The translations under genes and the position numbers were made by a program. From positions 32,001 through 96,000 of the forward strand of contig JBHGAY010000014.1 in NCBI GenBank assembly GCA_041946735.1: a DNA stretch of 64,000 bases, given 5' to 3'. This stretch comes from Candidatus Eiseniibacteriota bacterium (GTDB taxonomy: Bacteria > Eisenbacteria > RBG-16-71-46 > CAIMUX01 > VGJL01). Positions 18,069-27,597 of this stretch are shown here, piece by piece; positions within the stretch are counted from its first letter, which is position 1; every line of letters starts with the position of its first letter. The notes below the pieces were generated by a model. That model made no database searches and was not told the origin of the DNA. It saw nothing but the letters and a program-made list of their open reading frames with translations.

Positions 18069-19622
18069 CTAGTAGGTGCCCTGCCCCATCCTCCAGTCGA
18101 TACCGATCAGAAGCCGCTGGAGGCTGAACAGGTCAACCCCCTGGTGCTCCATGAATCCGGTGAAGTTGCGGAAGTCCTTTCGGAATCCGTAGGAGAGGTT
18201 CAGCACCGCCTGCGTCTGGTCGCGGTCTTCGGGCTTCTCGGAGAAGCTCAGAATGCCGAGACCTCCCTGCAGATACGGGGTCAGCGCGAAATCGCCGCCC
18301 CAGGTGCCGAGGTCGTAGCGCAGGTTCCCCGCGAGCATGAAGGAGCTGTGGTTGAAGAGCCCGATGGCGAGCTCCGGCAGGAACTGGAACGAGGAGCGCG
18401 GCGTCACGGGACCGAGGTTCACGCGGCCGCCGATCAGGCCCTGGACCGGCTCCTCGAGGTTCAGGCCCGTGTACCCCTCGAGAGAGTGCACGGACCATCC
18501 GGTCGATGGCCCGGACGTAGAGAAGCTTGGCTGCCGCTCCTCGACGCCCGAGGTCGGCCGGTTCCCGGTCTCGCCTGAGGAAGCTTCCGGCGCGGGGACG
18601 GTCGAGGTCGCCGGCGTTCGGTTCTCGGCGCTCGCCGTCTCCGAGATCCGCTCGTCGAGCCTGTCGAGCCGGGAGAGCAGACGGTCCTCGAGCGTGCCGA
18701 TCCGCGAGGAGATCATCTCGTCGACCTCCGCGCGGGTGAGCCCGGGCGAAGAGGGCGGCGGCTGCGGCGGCTGGGACTGCGCCTGCGGTTGCGGCTGTGC
18801 CATCCCCGGCATCGGGTGCTCCATCATCCCGGACATCGCCGTCGAAGCGGAGCTACCCCGGGTGATCGTCGTTCCCCCTTCGGTATCGGACGTCGTGAGC
18901 GTCGAGAGGATGTCGACGGCCCCCGGCTCGCCGAAGCGGATGTAGATCTCTCCCTGATCCGGAACCGGGACCATCATCACCCGGTCGCCCTGCGGTGTCC
19001 GGATGGAGCCCGGCTCCACGGTCGCGGCCGCTTCGCCGTTGGGACGGACGCCGATCGCGGACCGCTCGGTCGATCCGATGTCGGGCTCCACCTCGCGCGT
19101 GCCGCTCGTCGGCTGCTCGCGGCTCTCCGTCGCGGGTCCGACGGCGACGTACTCGGTCCCGCTCTCGGTCCTCTCCATCGTCTCGCGACGGGAGAGCGGA
19201 CGCCCGAGAGCGTCGATGTCCCGCGATTCCGACGTGCCCCCGATCGCGAAGGTGAAGCCGGCCGCGTAGAGGATGTTGTGCTGAATCTGATCGGGGTTCG
19301 ACGTGCGGTCGAGATCGGTCTCGCTGAACATGAAGTCGCGCACCGAGGCGTTGATGCGGAATCGGTCGGCGACGGAGAAGCCAAGCCCGGCGCCGGCAAT
19401 GAGCGACGTCTTGTCGTCGGGCGTGTTGCCCTGCCGGTCCTTGTAGGCATTGCGGAAGTCGATCTGCCCCGCGCCCGCCAGAAGGTACGGCAGCACGCCC
19501 GGACCGCTGTTGAGGTTGAACTGCGCCTCTCCGCCCCATCCCTGGATCGGATCGGTATCGCCGAAGTCGGACTTCATGCCATGCCAGTAGAACGCGCGGA
19601 GGCCGAGCAGGCGTCCGAAGTT
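18069..19622 (-). CDS. Outer-membrane beta-barrel (OmpA-TM-like) protein, apparently lacking its 5' end
   Basis: Amphipathic beta-strands (GGEAQFNL…PYLLAGAG…GAGLGF; FLPELAIG…PYLQGGLG) flank a Pro/Gln/Thr-rich linker. No signal peptide or good start upstream of NFGRLLG. First in-frame ATG inside this region is at 19577. Confidence 0.6.
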   Translation of the reverse strand, partial: NFGRLLGLRAFYWHGMKSDFGDTDPIQGWGGEAQFNLNSGPGVLPYLLAGAGQIDFRNAYKDRQGNTPDDKTSLIAGAGLGFSVADRFRINASVRDFMFSETDLDRTSNPDQIQHNILYAAGFTFAIGGTSESRDIDALGRPLSRRETMERTESGTEYVAVGPATESREQPTSGTREVEPDIGSTERSAIGVRPNGEAAATVEPGSIRTPQGDRVMMVPVPDQGEIYIRFGEPGAVDILSTLTTSDTEGGTTITRGSSASTAMSGMMEHPMPGMAQPQPQAQSQPPQPPPSSPGLTRAEVDEMISSRIGTLEDRLLSRLDRLDERISETASAENRTPATSTVPAPEASSGETGNRPTSGVEERQPSFSTSGPSTGWSVHSLEGYTGLNLEEPVQGLIGGRVNLGPVTPRSSFQFLPELAIGLFNHSSFMLAGNLRYDLGTWGGDFALTPYLQGGLGILSFSEKPEDRDQTQAVLNLSYGFRKDFRNFTGFMEHQGVDLFSLQRLLIGIDWRMGQGTY

Positions 19623-20154
19623 CGTCGCTTGCGTGCTTTTGGTGATCCGAGCGAGCGCAACGGGCGAGAAGAATGGCGCGTCTGCGCGCTTCTCCTGACG
19701 AAAAGAGCGGATTCCGAGTGCTGGATTCGGGGCCGGCCCGCTGGCGCTCGCTCGCACTCCTCGCCGGGATCCAGTGCTCTTCCGTATACCCCGATCCAAG
19801 TTCCAAACTATCACCCCGCCTTGAAACGTGCAATGAACAGCCGCCATGCCGCCCGCATCACCATTGATTGAACATTCGGATAATGTATCGAGGAGCAACC
19901 CGCGGAATGAACCAGGCGTCACTACGGCACCTTCACGTCGCGTGCCGTGGCGGGGATCCTTCGGCACCCCCGCGCCGCGACCGGCTCTCTGCCGCCGACC
20001 CTCGGACTTGGTGGCGGACGAGCGTCGTTCCCCGCGCCCGTTCGCGCCTGCTACCATCGGCGGGGTGGAATCGCGGACGCGCCGGGAGAGAAGGGTGGGA
20101 CGGCCCGCGGCCCGACGACGAAGCAGGAGAGGAAGCAGGAGATAAGGAGGAACG

Positions 20155-21048
20155 ATGCGCACCAGGGCGGACGGCGATCGGCAGCCGATCCCCGCGCCGT
20201 CGCTTGCGCACGTTCCGCGGAACCCGAGGCTTGCGCCGGCCCCTCTTCTCGCCCTCCCCGCCCTTCTCGCCCTCTGCGTCCTCCTCGCCCTCTTTGCCGT
20301 GCTGTCAGCCGGCCGGGCGGACGGAAGGCCGGTCCGTCCCCTTCTCGTCTCCGCCGCCTCGAGCCTGCAGGATGTGCTTCGCAATGTGGCGGCCGCGTAC
20401 GAGCGAGGCGGGCGGGACGTCGAAATCGAGGTGCAATCGGGATCCTCGGGCATGCTCGCTGTGCAGATCATGCGCGGCGCTCCGGTCGATCTCTTCGTCT
20501 CGGCCGACGAGGAGACGGCGATCGATCTCGCCGGGAGGGGGAAGCTCGAGATCCCGCTCTCCGTTCTCGCCCGCAATCGGGTCGTCCTCGTCGCGCCGGC
20601 CGGCCGGCCCGTCCCGATCGATCGCTACCAGGATCTCCTCGGACCTCGCGTTCGCCGCTTCGCTCTACCGGACACCACCGTCCCGATCGGCCGCTACGGG
20701 CAGCGCTTCCTCCGGGCGACAGGTCTCGAAGCCTCGCTCGAGGAGCGCCGGATCCGGACAGAGAACGTTCGCGCGAGCCTTGCGGCCGCCGAGACCGGGG
20801 CGGTCGACCTCGCGTTCGTCTACGCGACCGACGCGCGCCTCTCGGATCGGGTCCGCGTCGTCGCCGAGATCCCCGACAGCCTGACGGGACCGGTGCGGAT
20901 CGTCGCCGGCGTCGTGAGCGGAAGCGTGCTCTCGGCCGCCGCGCGCGACTTCCTGCGGTTTCTCCTCTCCGAAGAGGGACAGACGGAGTTCCGGCGGGCG
21001 GGCTTCTCGAGCGCCGCGCCGGCCCGCGCCGAAACCGCGCCGCGATGA
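20155..21048 (+). CDS. modA: Molybdate ABC transporter substrate-binding protein
   Basis: AASSLQDV, GSSGMLAVQI…GAPVDLFVSAD, VPIGRYG, NVRA and FVYATDA motifs; RBS AAGGAGG. Confidence 0.92.
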   Translation: MRTRADGDRQPIPAPSLAHVPRNPRLAPAPLLALPALLALCVLLALFAVLSAGRADGRPVRPLLVSAASSLQDVLRNVAAAYERGGRDVEIEVQSGSSGMLAVQIMRGAPVDLFVSADEETAIDLAGRGKLEIPLSVLARNRVVLVAPAGRPVPIDRYQDLLGPRVRRFALPDTTVPIGRYGQRFLRATGLEASLEERRIRTENVRASLAAAETGAVDLAFVYATDARLSDRVRVVAEIPDSLTGPVRIVAGVVSGSVLSAAARDFLRFLLSEEGQTEFRRAGFSSAAPARAETAPR

Positions 21049-21719
21049 CCTCCATCGAGATCGCCTCCACCGTCCGCATCACGCTTCGCGTCGGGATCGC
21101 CGCGGTCCTCTTCGACCTCCTCCCCGCGATCGCCGCCGGCTGGTGGATCGCGCGCGGGCGCTTCCGCGGCAAGGCCCTGTTCGAGGCGTTCGTCTCGCTC
21201 CCGCTCGTGTTGCCGCCGGTCGCGGTCGGCTATCTGCTGCTGCTCCTGCTCGCGCCCCGCGGTCCAGCGGGGAGGCTCCTCGAGCCGCTCGGAGTCTCGC
21301 TGCTGTTCACCTGGGAGGCGGCCGCGCTCGCCTCGGCCGTGATGGCCTTCCCGCTTCTCGCCCGCGCCTCGGCGATCGCGTTCGCGGAGGTGCCGCCGCG
21401 CCTCGAGCAGGTGGCGCGCACGCTCGGCGCGGGGCGGGCGCGCTGCTTCTGGACGGTCACCCTTCCCCTCGCGCGGCGCGGCCTCGCCTACGGCGTCCTC
21501 CTCGCCTTCCTTCGCGCGCTAGGCGAGTTCGGCGCGACCGTGCTCGTCGCCGGCAACATCCCCGGGCGCACGCAGACCCTCGCGCTCGGCATCTACGACG
21601 CGGTGCAGACCGGGCGGGACCGCGACGGGCTCATGCTCGCCGGCATCTCCATCGCCTTCAGCCTTCTCGCCGTCTTCCTCGGGGAGCGCTGGGCTCATCG
21701 CCAGCGCGGCACGGCATGA
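21045..21719 (+). CDS. modB: Molybdate ABC transporter permease
   Basis: LPLVLPPVAVGYLLL, EAA-like loop (EQVARTLGA), RALGEFGAT…AGNIPGRTQT; ATGA overlap with modA. Confidence 0.93.
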   Translation: MTSIEIASTVRITLRVGIAAVLFDLLPAIAAGWWIARGRFRGKALFEAFVSLPLVLPPVAVGYLLLLLLAPRGPAGRLLEPLGVSLLFTWEAAALASAVMAFPLLARASAIAFAEVPPRLEQVARTLGAGRARCFWTVTLPLARRGLAYGVLLAFLRALGEFGATVLVAGNIPGRTQTLALGIYDAVQTGRDRDGLMLAGISIAFSLLAVFLGERWAHRQRGTA

Positions 21720-22807
21720 CGGCCTCCTGCGAGATCGCCGCGCGGCAGGAGCTGCCCGGCTTCGTCCTCGATCTCGAGATGGGCTGGTCTTCGCGGGCCG
21801 TCGCGATCTTCGGGCCGTCGGGCGCGGGGAAGAGCTCGCTCCTCGAGATCCTCTCCGGCGTGCGCCGGGCCGACTCGGCGCGGATCGTCCTCTACGGCCG
21901 CCTGCTCGAGGACAGCGCGGCGGGTGTCTCGCTCGCGCCCGAGCGGCGGCATCTCGGCTGGGTCCCCCAGGACGCCGCGCTCTTTCCCCACCTCACGGTC
22001 GAGGAGAACGTGCGCTACGGCACGCGGCGCGGCGGAGGACCGGCACCAGGGCGGGCGCCGTCGCTCGAGCGGGCGATCGAGATGCTCGAGATCGGCCGGC
22101 TGCTGGAGCGGCGCCCGGCCGAGCTGAGCGGCGGGGAGCGGCAGCGCGTCGCCTTCGCCCGCGCGCTCGCCCGTGATCCGGCGGCTCTGCTGCTCGATGA
22201 GCCGCTCGCCTCTCTCGATCTTCCGCTCCGCGCGCGGATCTTTCCCTACCTGCTCCGGATGCGACAGGAGGCCGACGTGCCGATCCTCTACGTGACGCAC
22301 GACGCCGGCGAGGCGCTCGCGCTCGCCGATCATGTCGTGGTCCTCGAAGGCGGGCGGTGCGTCGCGGCTGGGCCGCCCGAACAGCTCCTCCGCACGCCGG
22401 CAACCCTGCGCCTGCTCGATCTGCTCCGCCTCGAGAACCGTCTCGTCGTGGCGACCGCGCGGGAGCAGCCGGAGAGGGGCTGGACAGCGATCGAGATCGA
22501 GGGAGGGCTGAGGATCGCCGGACCGGCCGGCGCCGGCTTTCGTGAAGGCGAAGCGATCGGCATCCGCGCGGAGGACATCCTCGTCGCTCGCGAGAAGCCG
22601 GGGGCGATCTCGGCGCGGAACATCCTGCCCGCTCGCCTTCTGGAGATGCAAGACGAGGGGGAGAGGATTCTTCTCTCGCTGGAAAGCAGCGGCGTCGCGC
22701 TGCGAGCGACGATCACGCGCGATGCCGCCGGGGATCTCGCGCTGGCTCCCGGGCAAGGGGTCTGGCTCGTCTTCAAGGCGCAGGCGGTGCACCGGCTGAT
22801 CGAGTGA
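21716..22807 (+). CDS. modC: Molybdate ABC transporter ATP-binding protein with TOBE domain
   Basis: GPSGAGKS, LSGGERQR, LLLDEP, YVTHD and ISARN motifs; ATGA overlap with modB. Confidence 0.93.
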   Translation: MTASCEIAARQELPGFVLDLEMGWSSRAVAIFGPSGAGKSSLLEILSGVRRADSARIVLYGRLLEDSAAGVSLAPERRHLGWVPQDAALFPHLTVEENVRYGTRRGGGPAPGRAPSLERAIEMLEIGRLLERRPAELSGGERQRVAFARALARDPAALLLDEPLASLDLPLRARIFPYLLRMRQEADVPILYVTHDAGEALALADHVVVLEGGRCVAAGPPEQLLRTPATLRLLDLLRLENRLVVATAREQPERGWTAIEIEGGLRIAGPAGAGFREGEAIGIRAEDILVAREKPGAISARNILPARLLEMQDEGERILLSLESSGVALRATITRDAAGDLALAPGQGVWLVFKAQAVHRLIE

Positions 22808-22811
22808 CCGG

Positions 22812-22888
22812 GCCATCCGACCGAGCCATCCGAGCGAGCCATCCGAGCGAGCCATCCGAGTAGCCGTCCCGGCCAGTCATCCGAGCGA
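22812..22888. repeat. 13-bp tandem repeat GCCATCCGAGCGA (about 6 copies, degenerate)
   Basis: Copies start at 22812, 22825, 22838 and 22851, with degenerate copies at 22863 and 22876. Confidence 0.75.
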
Positions 22889-22895
22889 TCCACTG

Positions 22896-22928
22896 GAAGG
22901 CCCGCCCCCGAATCGGGAGCGGGCCTTC
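22896..22928. terminator. Hairpin between convergent genes (probable terminator)
   Basis: GAAGGCCCGC…GCGGGCCTTC inverted repeat between modC and the 22990 gene. Confidence 0.6.
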
Positions 22929-22989
22929 GTTCGTTCACCCGACCTCGTCGATCGGGCTCCGTTCGGTCAGGTTCGTGCGACTCGCCGGT

Positions 22990-25146
22990 CTACCGGAAGG
23001 TCGCCTTCACCTTGCCCCACGAGGTCTTCTCGGTGGCCACGTAGGCGCAAGGCGTGTTGCCCTCGTTGTCCGGCTCGCAGTTCGTCCCATCGCCGATGTA
23101 GTTCTCGGGATGGTTCGGATCGATCGCGAGGCAGCCTTCCAGGGTGAGGACCTGGCAGGTCCCGTTGCCCGGGCAGCACGCGCCGAAGCAGCTGGTCGCC
23201 GGATCGCAGACCGTCTGGTCCTCGTGATACGTCCCGCTGACCGCGCCGCAGTCGTCGGGCGAGTTCACGAGGAGGCAGGTGCCGTCCGCAAGGCAGCAGA
23301 CCCGCGGCTGCGGGCAAGGATTCGGATCGCACAGGGTGCCGCCGCCTTGGAAGACGCCGCCACCGGTCGTGCACTCCTCCTCCGTCGCCGCGATCGTGCA
23401 GCTTCCGTCCGCCGCGCAGCAGGCGCCTTCCGGCACCGGCGTGCACGGATTCGGATCGCAGACCGTGTCGGGACCCTGGAAGGTGCCGCCCGCGGTCTGG
23501 CAATCCGCGAAGTTGGACAGCGTGCAATCGCCGTTGTCCGCGCAGCACGCTCCGGTGCCGCAAGGAACCGGATCGCAGACCGTCCCGGCGCCGAGGAACG
23601 TGCCGGCGCAGTCGGCCGCGAGCACGTAGGTGCAGGCGTTGTTCTCGGCGCAGCACGCGCCGTACTCGCCGCACGGCGTGGGATCGCAGACACCGCCCTC
23701 GACCCAACCTCCGGCGAGCGTCGTGCAGTACGCCTCGGTGTAGACCGCGCAGGTGCCGTCGGGCAGACAGCAGGCTCCGGTGCCCGGACACGGATCCGGA
23801 TCGCAAGACGTTCCCGCGCCCTGGAAGACGCCGTGCTGCGTGTTGCAGTCGGTCTCGCTCAGCAGCTGGCAGCTCCCGTCGGGCAGGCAGCAAGCGTACT
23901 CAGGCTGATCGCAGTCGTTCGGATCGCACACCGTGTCGGCGCCCTGCCACTCGCCCTGCTGGCTGGCGCACTGCTCTTCCGTCCGGAGGATGCAGTTGCC
24001 GTTCGCCAAGCAGCACGCTCCCGTCGGAGGCTGCGGGCACTCGACCGTATCGCAGGTCGTCCCGGCGCCCTGGAACGTTCCACCGGCCGCCGTGCAGGCC
24101 GCTTCATCCGGATAGACCGTGCACGATCCGTTCGGGAAGCAGCAGGCTCCGTTCTGGTTCACGCAAGGGTTGGGTTCGCAGTCCGTCCCCTCGCCCAGCC
24201 ACTGCTGGTCGAACGACTCGCAAGCGTACTGGGTCTGGATCGAGCAGAGGCCGCCCTGCGTGCAGCAGGCGCCGGTCGGCGGCTGCGGGCACTCCACCTG
24301 ATCGCAGCTCGACGGGTAGCCCTGGAACACGCCTTCGAGAGCCGCGCAGTCGACGATGTTCACCGTCTGGCACTGGCCGGTGGCGGGAACGCAGCAGGCC
24401 GCGGTGCAGGGGTTCGGGTCGCAAACGGTGCCCGGGCCCTGCGGAGTTCCGTTCTGCGTGAGGCAGTCCGCGGCGAGGATCAACTGGCACGAACCGTCGC
24501 TCAAGCAGCACGCTTCGTTCTCCGCGACGGGGCACTCGTTGTATCCCTGGTCGGAGAACCAGTAGACGCGTCCGAACTTGGTCACCAGATCCTCGATCGG
24601 CGGCACGCTGTCGTCGGCGAACTTGGCGTTGCCGTAGCGGGGATCGACGTTGGCGCCGAAGTAGGAGTTCGCATCCACTCCATACGCGGCGAACCAGTAG
24701 AACGGGAAGAGGGTGGTGGTCATCGACTGTCCCTCTGTCAGGGACCAGAAGTTTCCCGAGGGAGAGGTGTCGGGGAACCCAGGTTGCGGAAGCTCCAATG
24801 CGCTCGGCGGACAGGCATCGAACGCCTCGATGTATCCCTGTCCCTGAGGCAGGTTGTGCTCGACACCGAACTGGATGCCCGCCACCACGGGCTCCGCGGT
24901 CGGCACGAACGCGGCGAGGAACCAGATCACCGCAGCGTGATTGACGTCCACATCGCTGCGAACTCCGGCCACCTCGCAACTAGCCGGTTTGTTGGCCTCA
25001 TAGACCGTGCCGCAGTAGTCCTGGCCTACGGAATAGGCCAGGGTCGGGTTCGTGTGGACGATGAGAGCCCCGTTGGCATTCTTGCCAGCCCACGCGGGAC
25101 ACGTGGCGAGGGCAAGAAGCCCCAGAGCCAGTAGAAGCCTTTTCAT
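22990..25146 (-). CDS. Secreted protein with 12 Cys-rich ACC repeats and C-terminal SWGKVKATFR tail
   Basis: RBS GGAGG then ATG 25146 (MKRLLLALGLL…AWA). About 190-aa N-terminal domain followed by 12 six-Cys modules. Confidence 0.88.
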   Translation of the reverse strand: MKRLLLALGLLALATCPAWAGKNANGALIVHTNPTLAYSVGQDYCGTVYEANKPASCEVAGVRSDVDVNHAAVIWFLAAFVPTAEPVVAGIQFGVEHNLPQGQGYIEAFDACPPSALELPQPGFPDTSPSGNFWSLTEGQSMTTTLFPFYWFAAYGVDANSYFGANVDPRYGNAKFADDSVPPIEDLVTKFGRVYWFSDQGYNECPVAENEACCLSDGSCQLILAADCLTQNGTPQGPGTVCDPNPCTAACCVPATGQCQTVNIVDCAALEGVFQGYPSSCDQVECPQPPTGACCTQGGLCSIQTQYACESFDQQWLGEGTDCEPNPCVNQNGACCFPNGSCTVYPDEAACTAAGGTFQGAGTTCDTVECPQPPTGACCLANGNCILRTEEQCASQQGEWQGADTVCDPNDCDQPEYACCLPDGSCQLLSETDCNTQHGVFQGAGTSCDPDPCPGTGACCLPDGTCAVYTEAYCTTLAGGWVEGGVCDPTPCGEYGACCAENNACTYVLAADCAGTFLGAGTVCDPVPCGTGACCADNGDCTLSNFADCQTAGGTFQGPDTVCDPNPCTPVPEGACCAADGSCTIAATEEECTTGGGVFQGGGTLCDPNPCPQPRVCCLADGTCLLVNSPDDCGAVSGTYHEDQTVCDPATSCFGACCPGNGTCQVLTLEGCLAIDPNHPENYIGDGTNCEPDNEGNTPCAYVATEKTSWGKVKATFR

Positions 25147-25620
25147 GAGTACTCGACCTCCCTTGACGACCGGACTCGGCTCCCGAGCCGACAACCTAGA
25201 CCGAAACCGTGCCCGCCCCTTTCGACACGGAGCCAACTGCCGGAATCCTCCGTCCTTGATCCGGCCCACGCGGCCGCTTTCCGGCGAAGCTATTCTAGCC
25301 CGATGAGTTGCGGTGTTCAGCCGTGAAAAGTTCCGGCTGCCTTGCTCTCCTCGAGCCTCGAATCGTGGGCGGACCTTCGAGGACCTGATCCATTGGGCTC
25401 CCCCAAAGGAGTCCCGGCTGAAATGTAATGCCTGCGCGGGAACGGCGCCACAGAACTTCCTGTCACCCGGACGGACCCGAGGGACCGGATGCGCGCGAAT
25501 TGGGCGCCGGGAAGGATCGTGGCCGTGCGCGAACGTTCGAGTGGGAAGCGGGACGGGGCCGCCCATGCGACGCCCGTCCCGCTTGCAATGCCCGTCCCGC
25601 TTATCTCGAGGATCAGAGGA

Positions 25621-27312
25621 TCAGTGGATGCGAACAATGCTCGACCCGATCCCGGGTCGGTCACCGTCGACGCGAACATAGTAGACGCCCGGCGAGAGCG
25701 GACGTCCCTGCTCGTCTCGCCCGTCCCAGGAGAGGATGGTTCCCTCTCCGGCTCCGGTCGCGCGAAGCCTGCGCACCTCCCGCCCGGAGACGTCGAGGAT
25801 CGAGAGGATCGAGACCGCGCCGGCGGGGAGCGACATGTGGAAGCGAGCCTCGGAGCCGACGGCCGAAGGGTTCGGGAGGACGTCAAGGCGCGGGGCCGCT
25901 GCGATCGCCGCGCCGCCTCCCGCGACGGATGCAGGAGCGCGCAGCACCGAGGCGTAGGTGTCCTGATCGCCGTTGCGCGTGTCGGTCCACACCGGATGGA
26001 TCACACCCGCGCCGACCGCCACGCCGCTGTACTCCCCGATCAATCCCGCGCGTGTGCCTGCGAGAGGAAGACCGGGCCGGGGATCGGGCAGTCCCGCCTC
26101 GCCCGCCGGCATCCAGCTTGGGACGCCGGCGCCGTTGGCAGCGTCTCCCGGGCTCGAAGGGACCGTGGTGATCCGGAGGTTCGTCTCCCACGTCAGCCCC
26201 CCATCGGTCGAGCGCGAGAGATAGATGTGCCAGAGATAGTTCGCCGGGTCGTCGCGCCGGTCGTACCAGGTGGCGATCAACGCCCCCTGCTCGTCGCACG
26301 TGACCCAGGGATGGAACTGGTCCCGGAGGAGACCGGGGGCGTCGTCGTTGATGCGGACCCGATCGCTCCACGTCTGGCCGTCGTCGGTCGAGCGCCGGCA
26401 CCAGACGTCCATCCCGTTGGCCGGGATCGCGCGATCGGCGTAGACGCAATAGACGGTCCCCGCGCGCGGGCCGTCCGTCTCATCCATCGCGAGGCTCGGG
26501 TACGGGAAGACGGTGATCGCTCCGTTGATGTCCTCTTGCGGCTGCGTCGTCGTGGTGGTGAGCGTGCGATCGACTCCCCAGGTCGCGCCGCCGTTCGTCG
26601 AGATGTCGAACGCGATGCGAGGGTTCGAGTAGACGCACCATGCGACCAGCAGGTTGCCGTTGCGCAGCACGATCGGCACCGGCCACTGCGCCGCAACACC
26701 GGCGTCCGACACCGGGACGGGCGAGGTCCACGTTTCGCCCCGGTCGCTCGAGGCGACGCAGTGGATGCGCATCTCATAGAAGCGCGACCAGGAGATGTAG
26801 AGGTTGCCGTCGCGTGGCCCGCCGGTCCTGTCGGCCGCAATCCACTCCTTGTCCTCGAAGGTCGCCCCGTTGGACTGCACCGCCTGGAACGGCCCTTCCC
26901 ACGAGGCCCCTCCGTCGGGCGAGCGGTGGACGGAGATCTGATTCGCCCCTCCGTCCACGTAATTGATGACGACGAGGTAGAAGGTGCCCTCGCGATCGGT
27001 GACGAGCACCGGGTCGCTGTCCCACGGGAGGACGCCGCCGATCAGATGGTCCGTCCAGGTGAGGCCGCCATCGAACGACGCGCCGACGCCCACCTGCCGG
27101 TACCCGAGGCGGAAGTCGCGCCACGCGGCCACGACGTTGCCGGCATCGAGCGGATGGACGCGGATCTGCTGTTCGTTCTGAAGCTGATGGCTGTCGTCGG
27201 TGTTCAGGCGGATCTGCGGATAGTCGGCTCGCGCGGCAGGAACGAGGAGCGCGAGCAGCGCCACCGAGAAGAGCATGGATGCGAAGAATCCGGGCGCCTT
27301 GCCTCCGGGCAT
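25621..27312 (-). CDS. BNR/Asp-box (sialidase-like) beta-propeller protein with C-terminal FlgD-Ig-like domain
   Basis: RBS GGAGG then ATG 27312; signal peptide; repeated S-x-D-x-G-x-T/S-W boxes; DKEWIAAD, IGEYSG and WTDTR motifs; C-terminal PNP…WDGRD…GVY. Confidence 0.85.
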   Translation of the reverse strand: MPGGKAPGFFASMLFSVALLALLVPAARADYPQIRLNTDDSHQLQNEQQIRVHPLDAGNVVAAWRDFRLGYRQVGVGASFDGGLTWTDHLIGGVLPWDSDPVLVTDREGTFYLVVINYVDGGANQISVHRSPDGGASWEGPFQAVQSNGATFEDKEWIAADRTGGPRDGNLYISWSRFYEMRIHCVASSDRGETWTSPVPVSDAGVAAQWPVPIVLRNGNLLVAWCVYSNPRIAFDISTNGGATWGVDRTLTTTTTQPQEDINGAITVFPYPSLAMDETDGPRAGTVYCVYADRAIPANGMDVWCRRSTDDGQTWSDRVRINDDAPGLLRDQFHPWVTCDEQGALIATWYDRRDDPANYLWHIYLSRSTDGGLTWETNLRITTVPSSPGDAANGAGVPSWMPAGEAGLPDPRPGLPLAGTRAGLIGEYSGVAVGAGVIHPVWTDTRNGDQDTYASVLRAPASVAGGGAAIAAAPRLDVLPNPSAVGSEARFHMSLPAGAVSILSILDVSGREVRRLRATGAGEGTILSWDGRDEQGRPLSPGVYYVRVDGDRPGIGSSIVRIH

Positions 27313-27516
27313 CGGGAAACCTCCTTGGCGGGCGCGGCGCGATGCGCGCGCCCGCGGTCCCTGAGGGTGGACGCGGCCGGGAACAATCGTATCAGCCCCG
27401 TGTTCTGTTTCCTTCGGATTCCCGACGGCGACGCCTCTGCTACGCTTCGAGGTAGACCGAACGGACGCATGTGCGGAGGATCGAGCCGCGGCATCCCCCA
27501 TCCCTCTCGCGGCGTC

Positions 27517-27568
27517 CTCGCTCGACGTCCCGGCTCGCTTTCGACGTTCCGGCTCGCTCGACGTTCCG
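27517..27568 (+). repeat. Three direct repeats CTCGCT(TT)CGACGT(C/T)CCG upstream of efflux operon
   Basis: Copies at 27517, 27534 and 27553, ending about 30 bp before ATG 27598. Confidence 0.6.
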
Positions 27569-27597
27569 AAGTGCTTTGCTTCTGGAGGAGGTGGCGG

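Noticed and set aside
19630..20150. Moco riboswitch or ModE box upstream of modA
   Set aside because: I could not identify the consensus by eye; an Rfam scan would be needed.
9265..25146. Cys-rich proteins as multiheme cytochromes or RiPP precursors
   Set aside because: No CxxCH motifs, the proteins are large and carry signal peptides, and no RiPP maturases are present in the window.
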